Of a DNA stretch of 55,769 nt, positions 1-7,963 are shown piece after piece. The first letter of the stretch is position 1. The number at the start of each line of letters is the position of its first letter. Below the pieces are notes generated by a model. The model worked only from the letters and a program-made list of their open reading frames with translations, did not search any database and was not told the origin of the DNA. Both the position numbers and the translations under genes were made by a program. The DNA comes from a virus. Where the stretch lies: UHGV virus genome UHGV-0212364; one strand, written 5' to 3'.

Positions 1-30
1 GTGAGATATGCTTTATACGAGGTGATAATA

Positions 31-864
31 ATGCCTATCATAGAGCAAAGCAATAGGAACCTCCCATCAGTTCTACGGCAAGATCGCACGGTCGTAAAAT
101 CAAACGATCTCATCCAAAAGAGCCGTTATGAGCTGAACATACAGCAGAACAAGGTCATGCTATATCTTATAAGCATGATAAAGCCAACGGATGATATTAC
201 TCAGGTCTACATGTTTTCGGTAAATGACTTTTGCCAAGCGTGCGGGCTGGATTCGCGTCATGGCAAGAATGTCAAGAACGCTAAAGATGCGGTTCAATCC
301 CTTGCGGATAAAAGTGTGTGGGTAGAGCAGCCAAACGGAGACGAAATACTGCTGCGCTGGCTCGATCATGTCAAATTGACAGACGGTAAAAGCCGCTTTG
401 AAGTAACATTCCACCGGGATATGTTGCCCTACTTATACGATCTGCGAGAGCGCTACACGAGCTATAAACTGTCAAACGTATTGCCGATGAAAAGCAAATA
501 CGGAGTGCGGCTATATGAGCTTTTGAAAAGCTACCAGCACATGAACAGCAACACGATAACGTTTTTGATGGGAGAACTAAGCGACCGATTGGGCGCTCAG
601 AAGTATGAACGCTATGCTGACTTCAAGCGCCGCGTGTTGGATGCAGCTATGGAGGACATAAACGAATATAGTGATCTTGACGTTGAGTATACGCCGTATT
701 CGGCTAGTGGCAAGCAGCGAGGATTCGACGGTATCACCTTCACGATAAACGAGCCTACCGCGCTGGATAAAGAGATTCGCGCGATAAGGCAGGAACGAAA
801 GCTGGATTCGCAGACCAAAGCCTCGTTCAAAACGCTGATAGAGGCTATAACGCCCGAGAATTGA
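31..864 (+). CDS. Plasmid replication initiator, Rep_3/RepB family
   Basis: VVKSNDLIQKSRYEL, KSKYGVRLYELLKS and YADFKRRVL are typical Rep_3 motifs; SD GAGGTG at 19-24 favours ATG 31; iterons lie just upstream across the window junction. Confidence 0.9.
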   Translation: MPIIEQSNRNLPSVLRQDRTVVKSNDLIQKSRYELNIQQNKVMLYLISMIKPTDDITQVYMFSVNDFCQACGLDSRHGKNVKNAKDAVQSLADKSVWVEQPNGDEILLRWLDHVKLTDGKSRFEVTFHRDMLPYLYDLRERYTSYKLSNVLPMKSKYGVRLYELLKSYQHMNSNTITFLMGELSDRLGAQKYERYADFKRRVLDAAMEDINEYSDLDVEYTPYSASGKQRGFDGITFTINEPTALDKEIRAIRQERKLDSQTKASFKTLIEAITPEN

Positions 865-961
865 TTCTAAGGCGTTTTCTGCCCGAGATGGTGTATTCGC
901 TACTCCGCCCCACAAAAACCGCTTAGAATCGATTTTAGAGCCTCTGAGGGGCATTCCCGTA

Positions 962-990
962 TTGACACCTTCCTGCGAATGTGGTATAAT
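962..990 (+). promoter_or_regulatory. Consensus sigma70/SigA promoter P1
   Basis: TTGACA(962-967)-17 bp-TATAAT(985-990) with extended TG. Confidence 0.85.
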
Positions 991-996
991 CATTAC

Positions 997-1068
997 GCGA
1001 CATGGTTGCCTATCTTTCGCATGAGGGCAGTCCGGAGGGGCTTCCGTCAACCTCTCCGGGCTGTTTTT
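997..1068 (+). ncRNA. Putative small RNA 1 (~70 nt)
   Basis: Lies between P1 and the terminator CAGTCCGGAGGGG...CCTCTCCGGGCTG-TTTTT; no credible ORF inside. Confidence 0.6.
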
Positions 1069-1072
1069 ATGT

Positions 1073-1192
1073 TTGACAACATCGCAAGACAATGATACAA
1101 TAATAAGTGTTGCTACACGGGTTATGACCAGACCCATAGGACTCATTTCCTGACAACTGAAGTCTAAGGCGGCAACCTTAGGCTTCTTTTTT
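1073..1192 (+). ncRNA. Promoter P2 plus putative small RNA 2 (~85 nt) plus terminator
   Basis: TTGACA(1073)-17 bp-TACAAT with extended TG; terminator GAAGTCTAAGG-CGGCAA-CCTTAGGCTTC-TTTTTT. Confidence 0.6.
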
Positions 1193-1267
1193 GCGTTTGA
1201 CAAAAGCATCATGGCGTGCTATCATGTATACAGCAGTCGAACAGTGATACCGCTGTGTCTGGTGTGC

Positions 1268-1295
1268 ATTTTCCCCGCGTTAGCAGGGGTGACTC
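1268..1295 (+). CRISPR. Solitary type I-E-like CRISPR repeat (single copy, not an array)
   Basis: ATTTTCCCCGCGTTAGCAGGGGTGACTC, 28 nt; resembles Firmicute I-E repeats (GTTTTCCCCGC-N4-GCGGGGGTGATCC) with one stem mismatch. Confidence 0.55.
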
Positions 1296-1334
1296 AGAAT
1301 AAGCTGTCCGATTGTCAAAGGCGGCAACGCCAAT

Positions 1335-1367
1335 GTCACTGGCCGCAAGGCCGGCGTGGATTGAAAC
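1335..1367 (+). CRISPR. Solitary type I-C-like CRISPR repeat (single copy, not an array)
   Basis: GTCACTGGCCGCAAGGCCGGCGTGGATTGAAAC, 33 nt: GTC start, GCAA-loop hairpin, canonical I-C 3' end GCGTGGATTGAAAC. Confidence 0.75.
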
Positions 1368-1554
1368 ATTTCCGGCACAAAAAAAGAGTTTACCGCCTTG
1401 CTTCGAGCAATGGCCGTAAGCTCTTTTTTGTGCCCTTTTAAGCATGTTTTTTGAAGTCAACAAGTTCAGATATACTGCAATGCCTCTGTAAGCCCCGTAT
1501 TTGACTTCTAAGGCGTTTTTGCGGGGCAGGCGCACATTTACTAGTCTGCAAAGC

Positions 1555-1588
1555 AAAAGCCCTCAGAAGCGATTCTGGGGGCTTTTTT
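1555..1588. terminator. Bidirectional intrinsic terminator
   Basis: AAAAGCCCTCAGAA-GCGA-TTCTGGGGGCTTTTTT. Confidence 0.6.
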
Positions 1589-1662
1589 CTGACATCGGAA
1601 AAATGGTTTGCCGTTTTGGTGGGGTCAACAAAATGGTCTTCACTTTTGCCTTAACTTTTTTC

Positions 1663-2613
1663 TTAGCTTTTTTCTTCACTCTTGCTTGGCGTAATAAATA
1701 GATCGTCAGGTGAGCAATGGAAAAAGTCGCAGAGCTTTTGCATCGATGCCGCATTGGGATATGCTGTGCCGGTTTCCCACATCGAAATGTAGCTGGTATG
1801 CATCCCTAAAGCTTGTGCTAACTTCTTCTGCGAAAGCCCAACAGCGCGCCGCTTCTGACGCAGCTTGGAATGCGCAATCGACCTGGACTTGACCCACTTT
1901 TGAGCAGCCGGTAAGCCCGGCTCAGGATTGCGCTGCAAGTCGTCAAGCGTGCAGCTTAACACCTGCATAGCGCGTGTGATTTGAGCGAAGCTGGGGTAAT
2001 ATTGCCCACGCTCTAAATGCCCTAAGCCACATGTGCGCGTAGTGCCCAAAAGTTCCAAACTGAGTTCGGCGCGTGACAACCCTCGCTCACATCGTAAGCG
2101 CTGCAAATTATATGCAAAGTTTGTAAAGTCAAAATCAAAGGTGCCGGGAATTTTAAGGTCGCTTACGGAGCAGCCCAACGTTTGAGCCAGTAGCAGCACC
2201 TTCTGGGCAGGCGGCATGACTTTGCCGTTTTCCCAGAGATTGACGGTATTGGCGCTGACGTGCATCCTTTGCGCTAACTCTTTGACGGTCAGCCCACAAG
2301 CCTTGCGATACCGATCTATCGAGTTAGCCTTAGGCAAAGGCGGCAAAGCTGTTGCATTAATTCGCCGCGCTTTGGTGATGATTTGTGCACCATCGGTCAA
2401 CTCATCGACAGTGCAGCCCAATGCTTGAGCAAGTGTCTTTATGTAACGCTCGCGACATGCGTGTTTGCCGCGATCCCAATTGCCGACCGTGGCAGGGGCA
2501 ACGCCGACTTGCTGTGCCAGCGTTTGCTTAGTCCATCCCTTTTGCTCGCGTAATTTACGCAGTACGCCGGGCGCAAGCTTGACGTGCTGCAGGTACGAAT
2601 ATTCAGATTTCAT
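1663..2613 (-). CDS. Multi-domain XRE/Cro-C1 HTH regulator (four HTH_3 domains)
   Basis: Four repeats of LR..R...GL(T/S)..LA...G......WE.G...P. Confidence 0.85.
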   Translation of the reverse strand: MKSEYSYLQHVKLAPGVLRKLREQKGWTKQTLAQQVGVAPATVGNWDRGKHACRERYIKTLAQALGCTVDELTDGAQIITKARRINATALPPLPKANSIDRYRKACGLTVKELAQRMHVSANTVNLWENGKVMPPAQKVLLLAQTLGCSVSDLKIPGTFDFDFTNFAYNLQRLRCERGLSRAELSLELLGTTRTCGLGHLERGQYYPSFAQITRAMQVLSCTLDDLQRNPEPGLPAAQKWVKSRSIAHSKLRQKRRAVGLSQKKLAQALGMHTSYISMWETGTAYPNAASMQKLCDFFHCSPDDLFITPSKSEEKS

Positions 2614-2618
2614 TCACA

Positions 2619-2900
2619 TCACACTTTTTCCTGCCTAGCCGCAGCAAGACTATCGTAAGTCGTCAGCGCGTCCTGATTCCCGGCGACGTATTCTGTCAGC
2701 AGCCTTGAAACAATCTCGCTCATGCTCGCAAGCCTTACCTGCGCTATCTTCTGCGCGTCGGCGTACACGTCGGCGGGCACGGCAAAGCATACGCGCTTTT
2801 TTGCATTGCTCTTGCGCGCGGGTTCTTCCTGCTCATCCCGTTCCTTGACGCTCATAAAATTGCCATACAGCCTGTCTGTATCAAATGCCTTTTTAGCCAT
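2619..2900 (-). CDS. Small ParA partner, probable ribbon-helix-helix centromere-binding protein
   Basis: Overlaps parA stop; flexible N-terminus then KRVCFAVPADVYADAQKIA..SMSEIVSRLL (RHH pattern). Confidence 0.65.
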   Translation of the reverse strand: MAKKAFDTDRLYGNFMSVKERDEQEEPARKSNAKKRVCFAVPADVYADAQKIAQVRLASMSEIVSRLLTEYVAGNQDALTTYDSLAAARQEKV

Positions 2901-3651
2901 TTTCCAAGAACTCCTTCAGAAAGTCGTTATAGTCGGCGGCGACGGTCGAACTTGCCGCATAGGTAAATATATCCTCCCGGCTTATTTGCGCTTCTTCCAC
3001 CGCTACCGCCGAACGGATGCAGGTGTGGTAAGTCGGCGCGGATATGCGCTTGCCTAGCTGCTCTGTCAGCGTCCTTATCTGACGGCCAACGTTCGTGCGC
3101 GCGTTGTATCGGGTAAACAGTATGCCCGCGATATACAGTCCGGGGTTGCAATACTTGCGCACGTTGCCGATGGTAATGTTGAGCTGGTCTATGCCGGTTG
3201 CGGCAAACACGCCCGCCGTAGTGGGTATAATCACGCAGTTCGCGGCGGTAAAGGCGTTGACGGTCAGTATGCCCAGCGACGGCGGCGTATCGACTATCAC
3301 GTAATCAATGCCCTGTAAGCCCGTCAGCGCCTCTTTAAGGCGATATTCCTTGCCCACCTGTGTTAGTTCCTGTTCGGCACTTGCAAGCATTATATTGGCC
3401 GCTAAGAGCTTATAGCGCGGTTCGCCCAATTCCTGAATCGCGCTGGATATACTGGCCTTGCCGGTCAACACTTCATACGTCGTGGGTACGTCGTACTGAT
3501 CCGCACCGCACGCGGACGATAAATTGCCCTGCGGGTCAAGGTCGATGCCCAGTACGCTGAATCCGCGATTGGCAAGCCCTGCTATCATTGCGTGCGCGGT
3601 CGTGGTTTTGCCTACGCCGCCCTTCTGATTTGCTATGACGATGGTTCTCAT
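2893..3651 (-). CDS. parA: ParA/Soj partition ATPase
   Basis: NQKGGVGKTTT deviant Walker A, DLDPQGN, VDTPPSLG; start MRTIV at 3651. Confidence 0.95.
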   Translation of the reverse strand: MRTIVIANQKGGVGKTTTAHAMIAGLANRGFSVLGIDLDPQGNLSSACGADQYDVPTTYEVLTGKASISSAIQELGEPRYKLLAANIMLASAEQELTQVGKEYRLKEALTGLQGIDYVIVDTPPSLGILTVNAFTAANCVIIPTTAGVFAATGIDQLNITIGNVRKYCNPGLYIAGILFTRYNARTNVGRQIRTLTEQLGKRISAPTYHTCIRSAVAVEEAQISREDIFTYAASSTVAADYNDFLKEFLENG

Positions 3652-3667
3652 ATCTCTCACGCTCCGA

Positions 3668-3802
3668 TTATGTGCGTTATGTCTGTTATGCCATATATAT
3701 AATGGGCATAATTTATGCTCATTATGATACACCGATAATGGGCATAATGTCAATACGTTATGTCGGTTATTCAATCGGCATAACAAACATAACAAGCATA
3801 AC
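3668..3802. repeat. TTATG/CATAA repeat array, candidate parS/operator
   Basis: About ten TTATG/CATAA units, often at 9-bp period (cataacaaa cataacaag cataacaaa), directly upstream of parA. Confidence 0.7.
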
Positions 3803-3842
3803 AAAAAAGCGGGCGCATGTCGCGTCCGCTCCTGCCTTATTT

Positions 3843-4145
3843 TTACTTCCCGTACATGTCGATAAGCGCCCTCGCATGTGAGGTCTGCTTGACGATCTCC
3901 GCGCGCTGAAGCGCGTATACCGCCTTAACTCCCGGTGCAAGCAGTTCGTCCGAAAATTCGTTGAGCGCCTTGTCCATTAGCGCTAGTCCGGCCACGTTGA
4001 ACTGTAAATGTCCATTTGCCATAGCCATGCACCAATCGGCAACTGGCTTATCGGATTCCTTGCACATGTACGCCTTGTCGATGTACTCTTTGGCCTCGCT
4101 TATGTTGCCCATCAGCCTTTCGGACAGCCATTTGAGCGTATTCAT
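3843..4145 (-). CDS. Hypothetical helical protein, last gene of the post-lysis module
   Basis: Coupled to upstream gene; followed by a terminator at ~3803-3830. Confidence 0.7.
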   Translation of the reverse strand: MNTLKWLSERLMGNISEAKEYIDKAYMCKESDKPVADWCMAMANGHLQFNVAGLALMDKALNEFSDELLAPGVKAVYALQRAEIVKQTSHARALIDMYGK

Positions 4146-4579
4146 GCCAGCCTCACCGCGCTTGCGCACACATGGTTAATCGTGCCCGCCACGCCGCTTA
4201 TCTGTGCGCTTATCGCCGGTCGTATCGCGCAGCACGCCGTAAGGTACAAGACGGTTTCTACATGCGTGGTGTATACGCTGTCTGCCGCCACGGTTTCCTG
4301 CGATATGGCGCAGGGGAGCGCGCTCGCGCCGTTATATAGCTGCACAATGGCCGCGCCCGCCGCGCTGGGCGTGTGCGTCACGTCGTAGCTTATCCGATAA
4401 AGGCCGGTGTCGTTGATGTTAAAGCCGCCGGCCTGGGTGTCTATCGAGCAGCCCGTGTTGGTTGCCAGATTGCCCTCGATATTGATCTGAGTGCCCGCCG
4501 CCGCGTAAGCCTGAGCGGTGTTGTTATAGGCGGTCTGCGCCGACTTATAATACCTGTTTCGGCAATTATTATTACTCAT
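4142..4579 (-). CDS. Beta-sandwich protein, BclA C-terminal/C1q-like
   Basis: GFNINDTGLYRISYDVT and alternating beta-strand pattern; Cys-rich. Confidence 0.5.
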   Translation of the reverse strand: MSNNNCRNRYYKSAQTAYNNTAQAYAAAGTQINIEGNLATNTGCSIDTQAGGFNINDTGLYRISYDVTHTPSAAGAAIVQLYNGASALPCAISQETVAADSVYTTHVETVLYLTACCAIRPAISAQISGVAGTINHVCASAVRLA

Positions 4580-4679
4580 GCTGCAAAATCCTTTCTCTGA
4601 AAAAAGATAGCGCCCGACAGCGCTTGATGTCTGCCGGGCGTCGCGCTGTTAATAGCGAATGTCAGTTGCGTTTGGGAGC

Positions 4680-5366
4680 TTATCGGCCGCAGCAGCCGCC
4701 ATACGCGCCGCAGTTATACTGCTCGCTCTGATAAGGCGAACAGGTTATGTAGGCGGGTATGGGCGTGGGGCGCAGCGTGCCGATTATGGTGTTGGTCTGA
4801 GACAGAGTGCCTAGCTGGAGCTGTGCCGCCTGAAGCTGATCGCGCAATTCCTGTATGGTGTTGGTCTGCATCAGCGCGCGGGTAGCCTCGCCCTCGGCAT
4901 GTATGGCAGTCTTAGTCTCCGAGCAGCAGGCCGCCATCTGCGCCTGAAGGTTCTGCATCGCCAGCGCGTTATCGTAGCGGTTCTGCATGATTTCCTTCTG
5001 CGTGTTGCAGCAGCACTGCTGGTTCTCGAAACGGTTCTGCATGATCTCACGCTGAGTGCCGTTCGCCGTGTCGGCAAGCGCGAAGCGGTTGTTCATGACT
5101 TCCTGCTGAAGCCCGAACTGGTCGCGGATAATGTCGCTCTGGTTGCGCTGAATTTCGGCGGTGTTGAAGCCGTCAGCCAGCTCCGCGCGGGTAAGCGCGC
5201 CCTGAGCCGCCGCATTGTTGCCCCAGCCGCCAAAGCCGCCGCCGCCGAACAATGCGAATATGAAGAACAAAACGATTATGCCGTAGAAGCCGTTGCCTCC
5301 GAAAAAGCCGTCGTTATCGTTATTCCGGGTCATTGCCATAACGTCGGCGGGTGTCATGTTATCCAT
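4680..5366 (-). CDS. Gly-rich TM plus coiled-coil, Cys-rich (CCC, CC) protein of unknown function
   Basis: Strong SD AGGAGG; hydrophobic segment flanked by Gly; Gln-rich coil. Confidence 0.75.
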   Translation of the reverse strand: MDNMTPADVMAMTRNNDNDGFFGGNGFYGIIVLFFIFALFGGGGFGGWGNNAAAQGALTRAELADGFNTAEIQRNQSDIIRDQFGLQQEVMNNRFALADTANGTQREIMQNRFENQQCCCNTQKEIMQNRYDNALAMQNLQAQMAACCSETKTAIHAEGEATRALMQTNTIQELRDQLQAAQLQLGTLSQTNTIIGTLRPTPIPAYITCSPYQSEQYNCGAYGGCCGR

Positions 5367-5435
5367 GCTTTTTCCTCCTGTTTTTTAGGCTTATTTTGCA
5401 ATCGCCGTTGCGCACCCGGCGGTTGTATCGATATG

Positions 5436-5654
5436 TTATTTGCCGCCCAAAAGACCCTGCATTTGCTGGGCCATTTGCTTGGCCTGTTCAAGCTGCTGGG
5501 CGTTTATCTGCCCGCTTTCAAGCATCTCGTTAATTTTTGCCTGAGCTTTTTTAGGTGTCCACTGTTTCTTAAACTCCGCAAACTGTTTTACCATCTGCAT
5601 TTGCGGAATATTATTGTTGGCCTGTTTAGCCATCATGCCTATGAGCGGGTTCAT
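5436..5654 (-). CDS. Small Gln/Met-rich hypothetical protein
   Basis: Coupled to upstream gene, SD GGAGGG. Confidence 0.7.
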   Translation of the reverse strand: MNPLIGMMAKQANNNIPQMQMVKQFAEFKKQWTPKKAQAKINEMLESGQINAQQLEQAKQMAQQMQGLLGGK

Positions 5655-6094
5655 GTATTCAGCCCTCCAATCTCATTTACGAGCGTGCTCAGGCGGTTTT
5701 CAAGCTCGCCCATCCGCGCGCTTAACTTGTCAAAATCATCGGTTTTGACAAATTGGCTCGTGTCCACGGCGCTTTGCTGTACATTTTGCGAGGAATTTGA
5801 AATGTTATAGTCGGTAAGCAGCATCGCCTTGAATGTGGTAGAACCCATCATGTCAACGGCTTTTACGTAGATCACGGGGTCGTTATTGTCCATCATCCAT
5901 GCGGTCTGGCCGGGCTGGACGATATGATCTCGCGCGCCCTGTATGCCGTTTACGTATATCCAGTTGACGTTAGTCTGAGGTTGAATTTGCTGCTGCTGTG
6001 CCGTGCTCATAGTCAGTGGCGGCGGCGTGTAGTTCGCGTTGAAGTAGCTGTTGGGCGTGACCGTCTGGTTGCCGTAAGCGTATCCGTATGCCAT
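5651..6094 (-). CDS. Hypothetical protein, first gene of the post-lysis module
   Basis: SD GGGAGGGG before MAYGY at 6094. Confidence 0.7.
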   Translation of the reverse strand: MAYGYAYGNQTVTPNSYFNANYTPPPLTMSTAQQQQIQPQTNVNWIYVNGIQGARDHIVQPGQTAWMMDNNDPVIYVKAVDMMGSTTFKAMLLTDYNISNSSQNVQQSAVDTSQFVKTDDFDKLSARMGELENRLSTLVNEIGGLNT

Positions 6095-6194
6095 ATCGTT
6101 TTCCCCTCCCTTGCTGTAATTATCGCTTATTCGGCATTTTGGCGGGGGCGTTTGCGGGCGTTCATGCTGCATTCGCGGGCAAAATTTGCGCATT

Positions 6195-6235
6195 AAAAAA
6201 GGCCAGCCTGTAAGAATGGCTTACAAGTTGGCCTT
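6195..6235 (-). terminator. Intrinsic terminator ending the late/lysis transcript
   Basis: AAGGCCAACTTGTAAG-CCATT-CTTACAGGCTGGCC-TTTTTT on minus strand. Confidence 0.75.
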
Positions 6236-6250
6236 GAAAATATGGGCGGC

Positions 6251-6463
6251 TTAACCGCCCGATGATAGCTGCCTTATGATTCCGTTCATTCGCCGCGCAA
6301 CAGTCGTCCGGTCATATCCGACTGCCGCGCCTATGTCCGCGTACTTTTCGCGGTCTATAAGCCGCATTTTTGCAATCTGGGTATTCACCCGCCCCAGTCT
6401 CGCGGCGTTTATGCGTTCGTACATTTCTTCTGTGCTGATGCCGCTGAACGGGTCGTCGGGCAT
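6251..6463 (-). CDS. Small HTH DNA-binding protein (sigma region 4-like)
   Basis: KYADIGAAVGYDRTTVARRM HTH. Confidence 0.7.
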   Translation of the reverse strand: MPDDPFSGISTEEMYERINAARLGRVNTQIAKMRLIDREKYADIGAAVGYDRTTVARRMNGIIRQLSSGG

Positions 6464-6465
6464 GG

Positions 6466-6813
6466 TTAATCGCCTCCCGACTTATCGCTGCCGTTCTTAC
6501 TCGCTTCGTCCCCCGCGCCCAGCACGCTTATAATGTCATTGCTCAGGTCTCTAACCGCCGCCTCTATTTCCGCGCGGCTGTACTTTACGCCGCGTTCGTT
6601 AAGCCACTGCTGGGCATAATCCAGCTTGGCTTTGCCCATGCCCGCGCCGTAAAGCTGCTCCGCCGCCGCCACCGCTGTGCGCACAAGTATTGCTACATTG
6701 GCCTGCTGCTGCGCCGTGGCCTTGGACTTGACGTAAGGCACCAGCCAGTACGTGATAATCGCGCCCAGCAGCGCCAGAATCGCCTGAAAAATCGCCGTAA
6801 AATCAAACTGCAT
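6466..6813 (-). CDS. Phage holin, LL-H-like
   Basis: N-terminal TM, AVAAAEQLYG..G..K, IEAAV motifs. Confidence 0.8.
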   Translation of the reverse strand: MQFDFTAIFQAILALLGAIITYWLVPYVKSKATAQQQANVAILVRTAVAAAEQLYGAGMGKAKLDYAQQWLNERGVKYSRAEIEAAVRDLSNDIISVLGAGDEASKNGSDKSGGD

Positions 6814-6842
6814 ATGCTTATCCTCCTATATCTGTATCTGCC

Positions 6843-7103
6843 TTACTCGCGCCTAATACTCTGCTCGAGGCCGTCCAGCCGATGGTGTGCTGACTTTGTG
6901 CTGCTCTCTACCGCCGCCATTCGCTCCACGAGGTGGTTGTGCTCATCTACCCGCTTGCTCAGGGTAGTCAGGTCGTCGCGCAGTTCCTTGAGCTTATACT
7001 CGATTAGCGCCATGGTCTTGCGGTGAGTAGCGACGTTGCTTACAATCACGCCCAGCAGACTTATGCCGCCGGTTATCAGCGCCACGATGATAGTATCGGT
7101 CAT
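6843..7103 (-). CDS. Single-TM coiled-coil lysis-associated protein
   Basis: N-terminal TM, coiled coil, SAHHRLD; between endolysin and holin. Confidence 0.6.
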   Translation of the reverse strand: MTDTIIVALITGGISLLGVIVSNVATHRKTMALIEYKLKELRDDLTTLSKRVDEHNHLVERMAAVESSTKSAHHRLDGLEQSIRRE

Positions 7104-7888
7104 ATCTTGACCACCTCCGCGTACTTATCGCTTACCCACAGCACCTCATCGCCCACCTTGACCGGCGTCCAGCCGTCCGTCTTTGCGCGATCGTAGGTAT
7201 CGCCATAGTGTGCCACGGTGCCCACGTCGTACTCCGTGCCCGGCCCCGTGCGCAGGTTGACGCTGCCGCCGGTTATGCGTATCTGGCCGGGCTTGACCGG
7301 CGCGGGCTGGGGCGGCGCGGATTTGTAGTCAAAGTACTTTTTCATGTAGCCCCAGCAGTTCCAATTTTTGTCAGCATTGAGCCGCGTGCGCACCACGCCG
7401 TACATCACGCCCTTAGCCTCGATCACGTACCAGTCGCCCGCCGTGTCGCCCTCCACCACCGGGCGCTCCAAGTAGCCGATGTGGTGGATCGCGCCCGGCT
7501 TGGATCGGGTCTTAAATACCGCCACGCCCGGCTCACGCGGGAGCTTATTCATATTGGTGCTGTTCGCGCCCGCGCACCAATCGCTATATATATAGCGTGC
7601 CTTGGTGTTGACGTCCTTGAGCGGCAGACCCAGCATCTCGACCACCGCGCCCTCCGCCATGCCCGCGCAGTCAAAGACGCGCGGCGCGTTGTTATACCAG
7701 TACAGCGCCTTAGCCTCTTGCGCCGCGGTATACTCGCCGCGGTCGTGGTACTGAGTAAAATACCAACTATTTTTGCCCAGGTCTTTGGGCGCTTGCCCGC
7801 TCGTCCCCATGATATAGCCGCACTTGTCGTCGTGCTGCTTTTGCAGCCACTTCACAAAGTCGCTCGCCGCGATCTTAGTCATATCCAT
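7100..7888 (-). CDS. Endolysin, NlpC/P60-like peptidase plus SH3b
   Basis: VFDCAG (Cys) and HHIG (His); C-terminal VNLRTGPGT...WVS SH3b. Confidence 0.8.
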   Translation of the reverse strand: MDMTKIAASDFVKWLQKQHDDKCGYIMGTSGQAPKDLGKNSWYFTQYHDRGEYTAAQEAKALYWYNNAPRVFDCAGMAEGAVVEMLGLPLKDVNTKARYIYSDWCAGANSTNMNKLPREPGVAVFKTRSKPGAIHHIGYLERPVVEGDTAGDWYVIEAKGVMYGVVRTRLNADKNWNCWGYMKKYFDYKSAPPQPAPVKPGQIRITGGSVNLRTGPGTEYDVGTVAHYGDTYDRAKTDGWTPVKVGDEVLWVSDKYAEVVKI

Positions 7889-7963
7889 ACCCTCCCTTTT
7901 ATATCTTTTGTGCGCCGACGGTCGGTCGGCGCGCGTATGTCGTGCAAATGTCTCATACCGTCA

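Larger units (their letters stand above)
1197..1434 (+). ncRNA. Promoter P3 plus small RNA 3 carrying two solitary CRISPR-repeat-like units
   Basis: TTGACA(1197)-17 bp-TATCAT with extended TG; ends in a long hairpin GGCACAAAAAAAGAG...CTCTTTTTTGTGCC. Confidence 0.65.

Noticed and set aside
1004..1178. 7-nt complementarity between sRNA1 (GGTTGCC) and the sRNA2 terminator loop (GGCAACC)
   Set aside because: Too short to distinguish from chance
1268..1367. Conventional CRISPR mini-array
   Set aside because: The two repeats differ in sequence and subtype, and each occurs once
577..1556. Minus-strand ORFs 577-1212 and 1209-1556 as type I toxins
   Set aside because: They cross strong promoters and terminators, lack clear SD sequences and have no convincing toxin-like peptide
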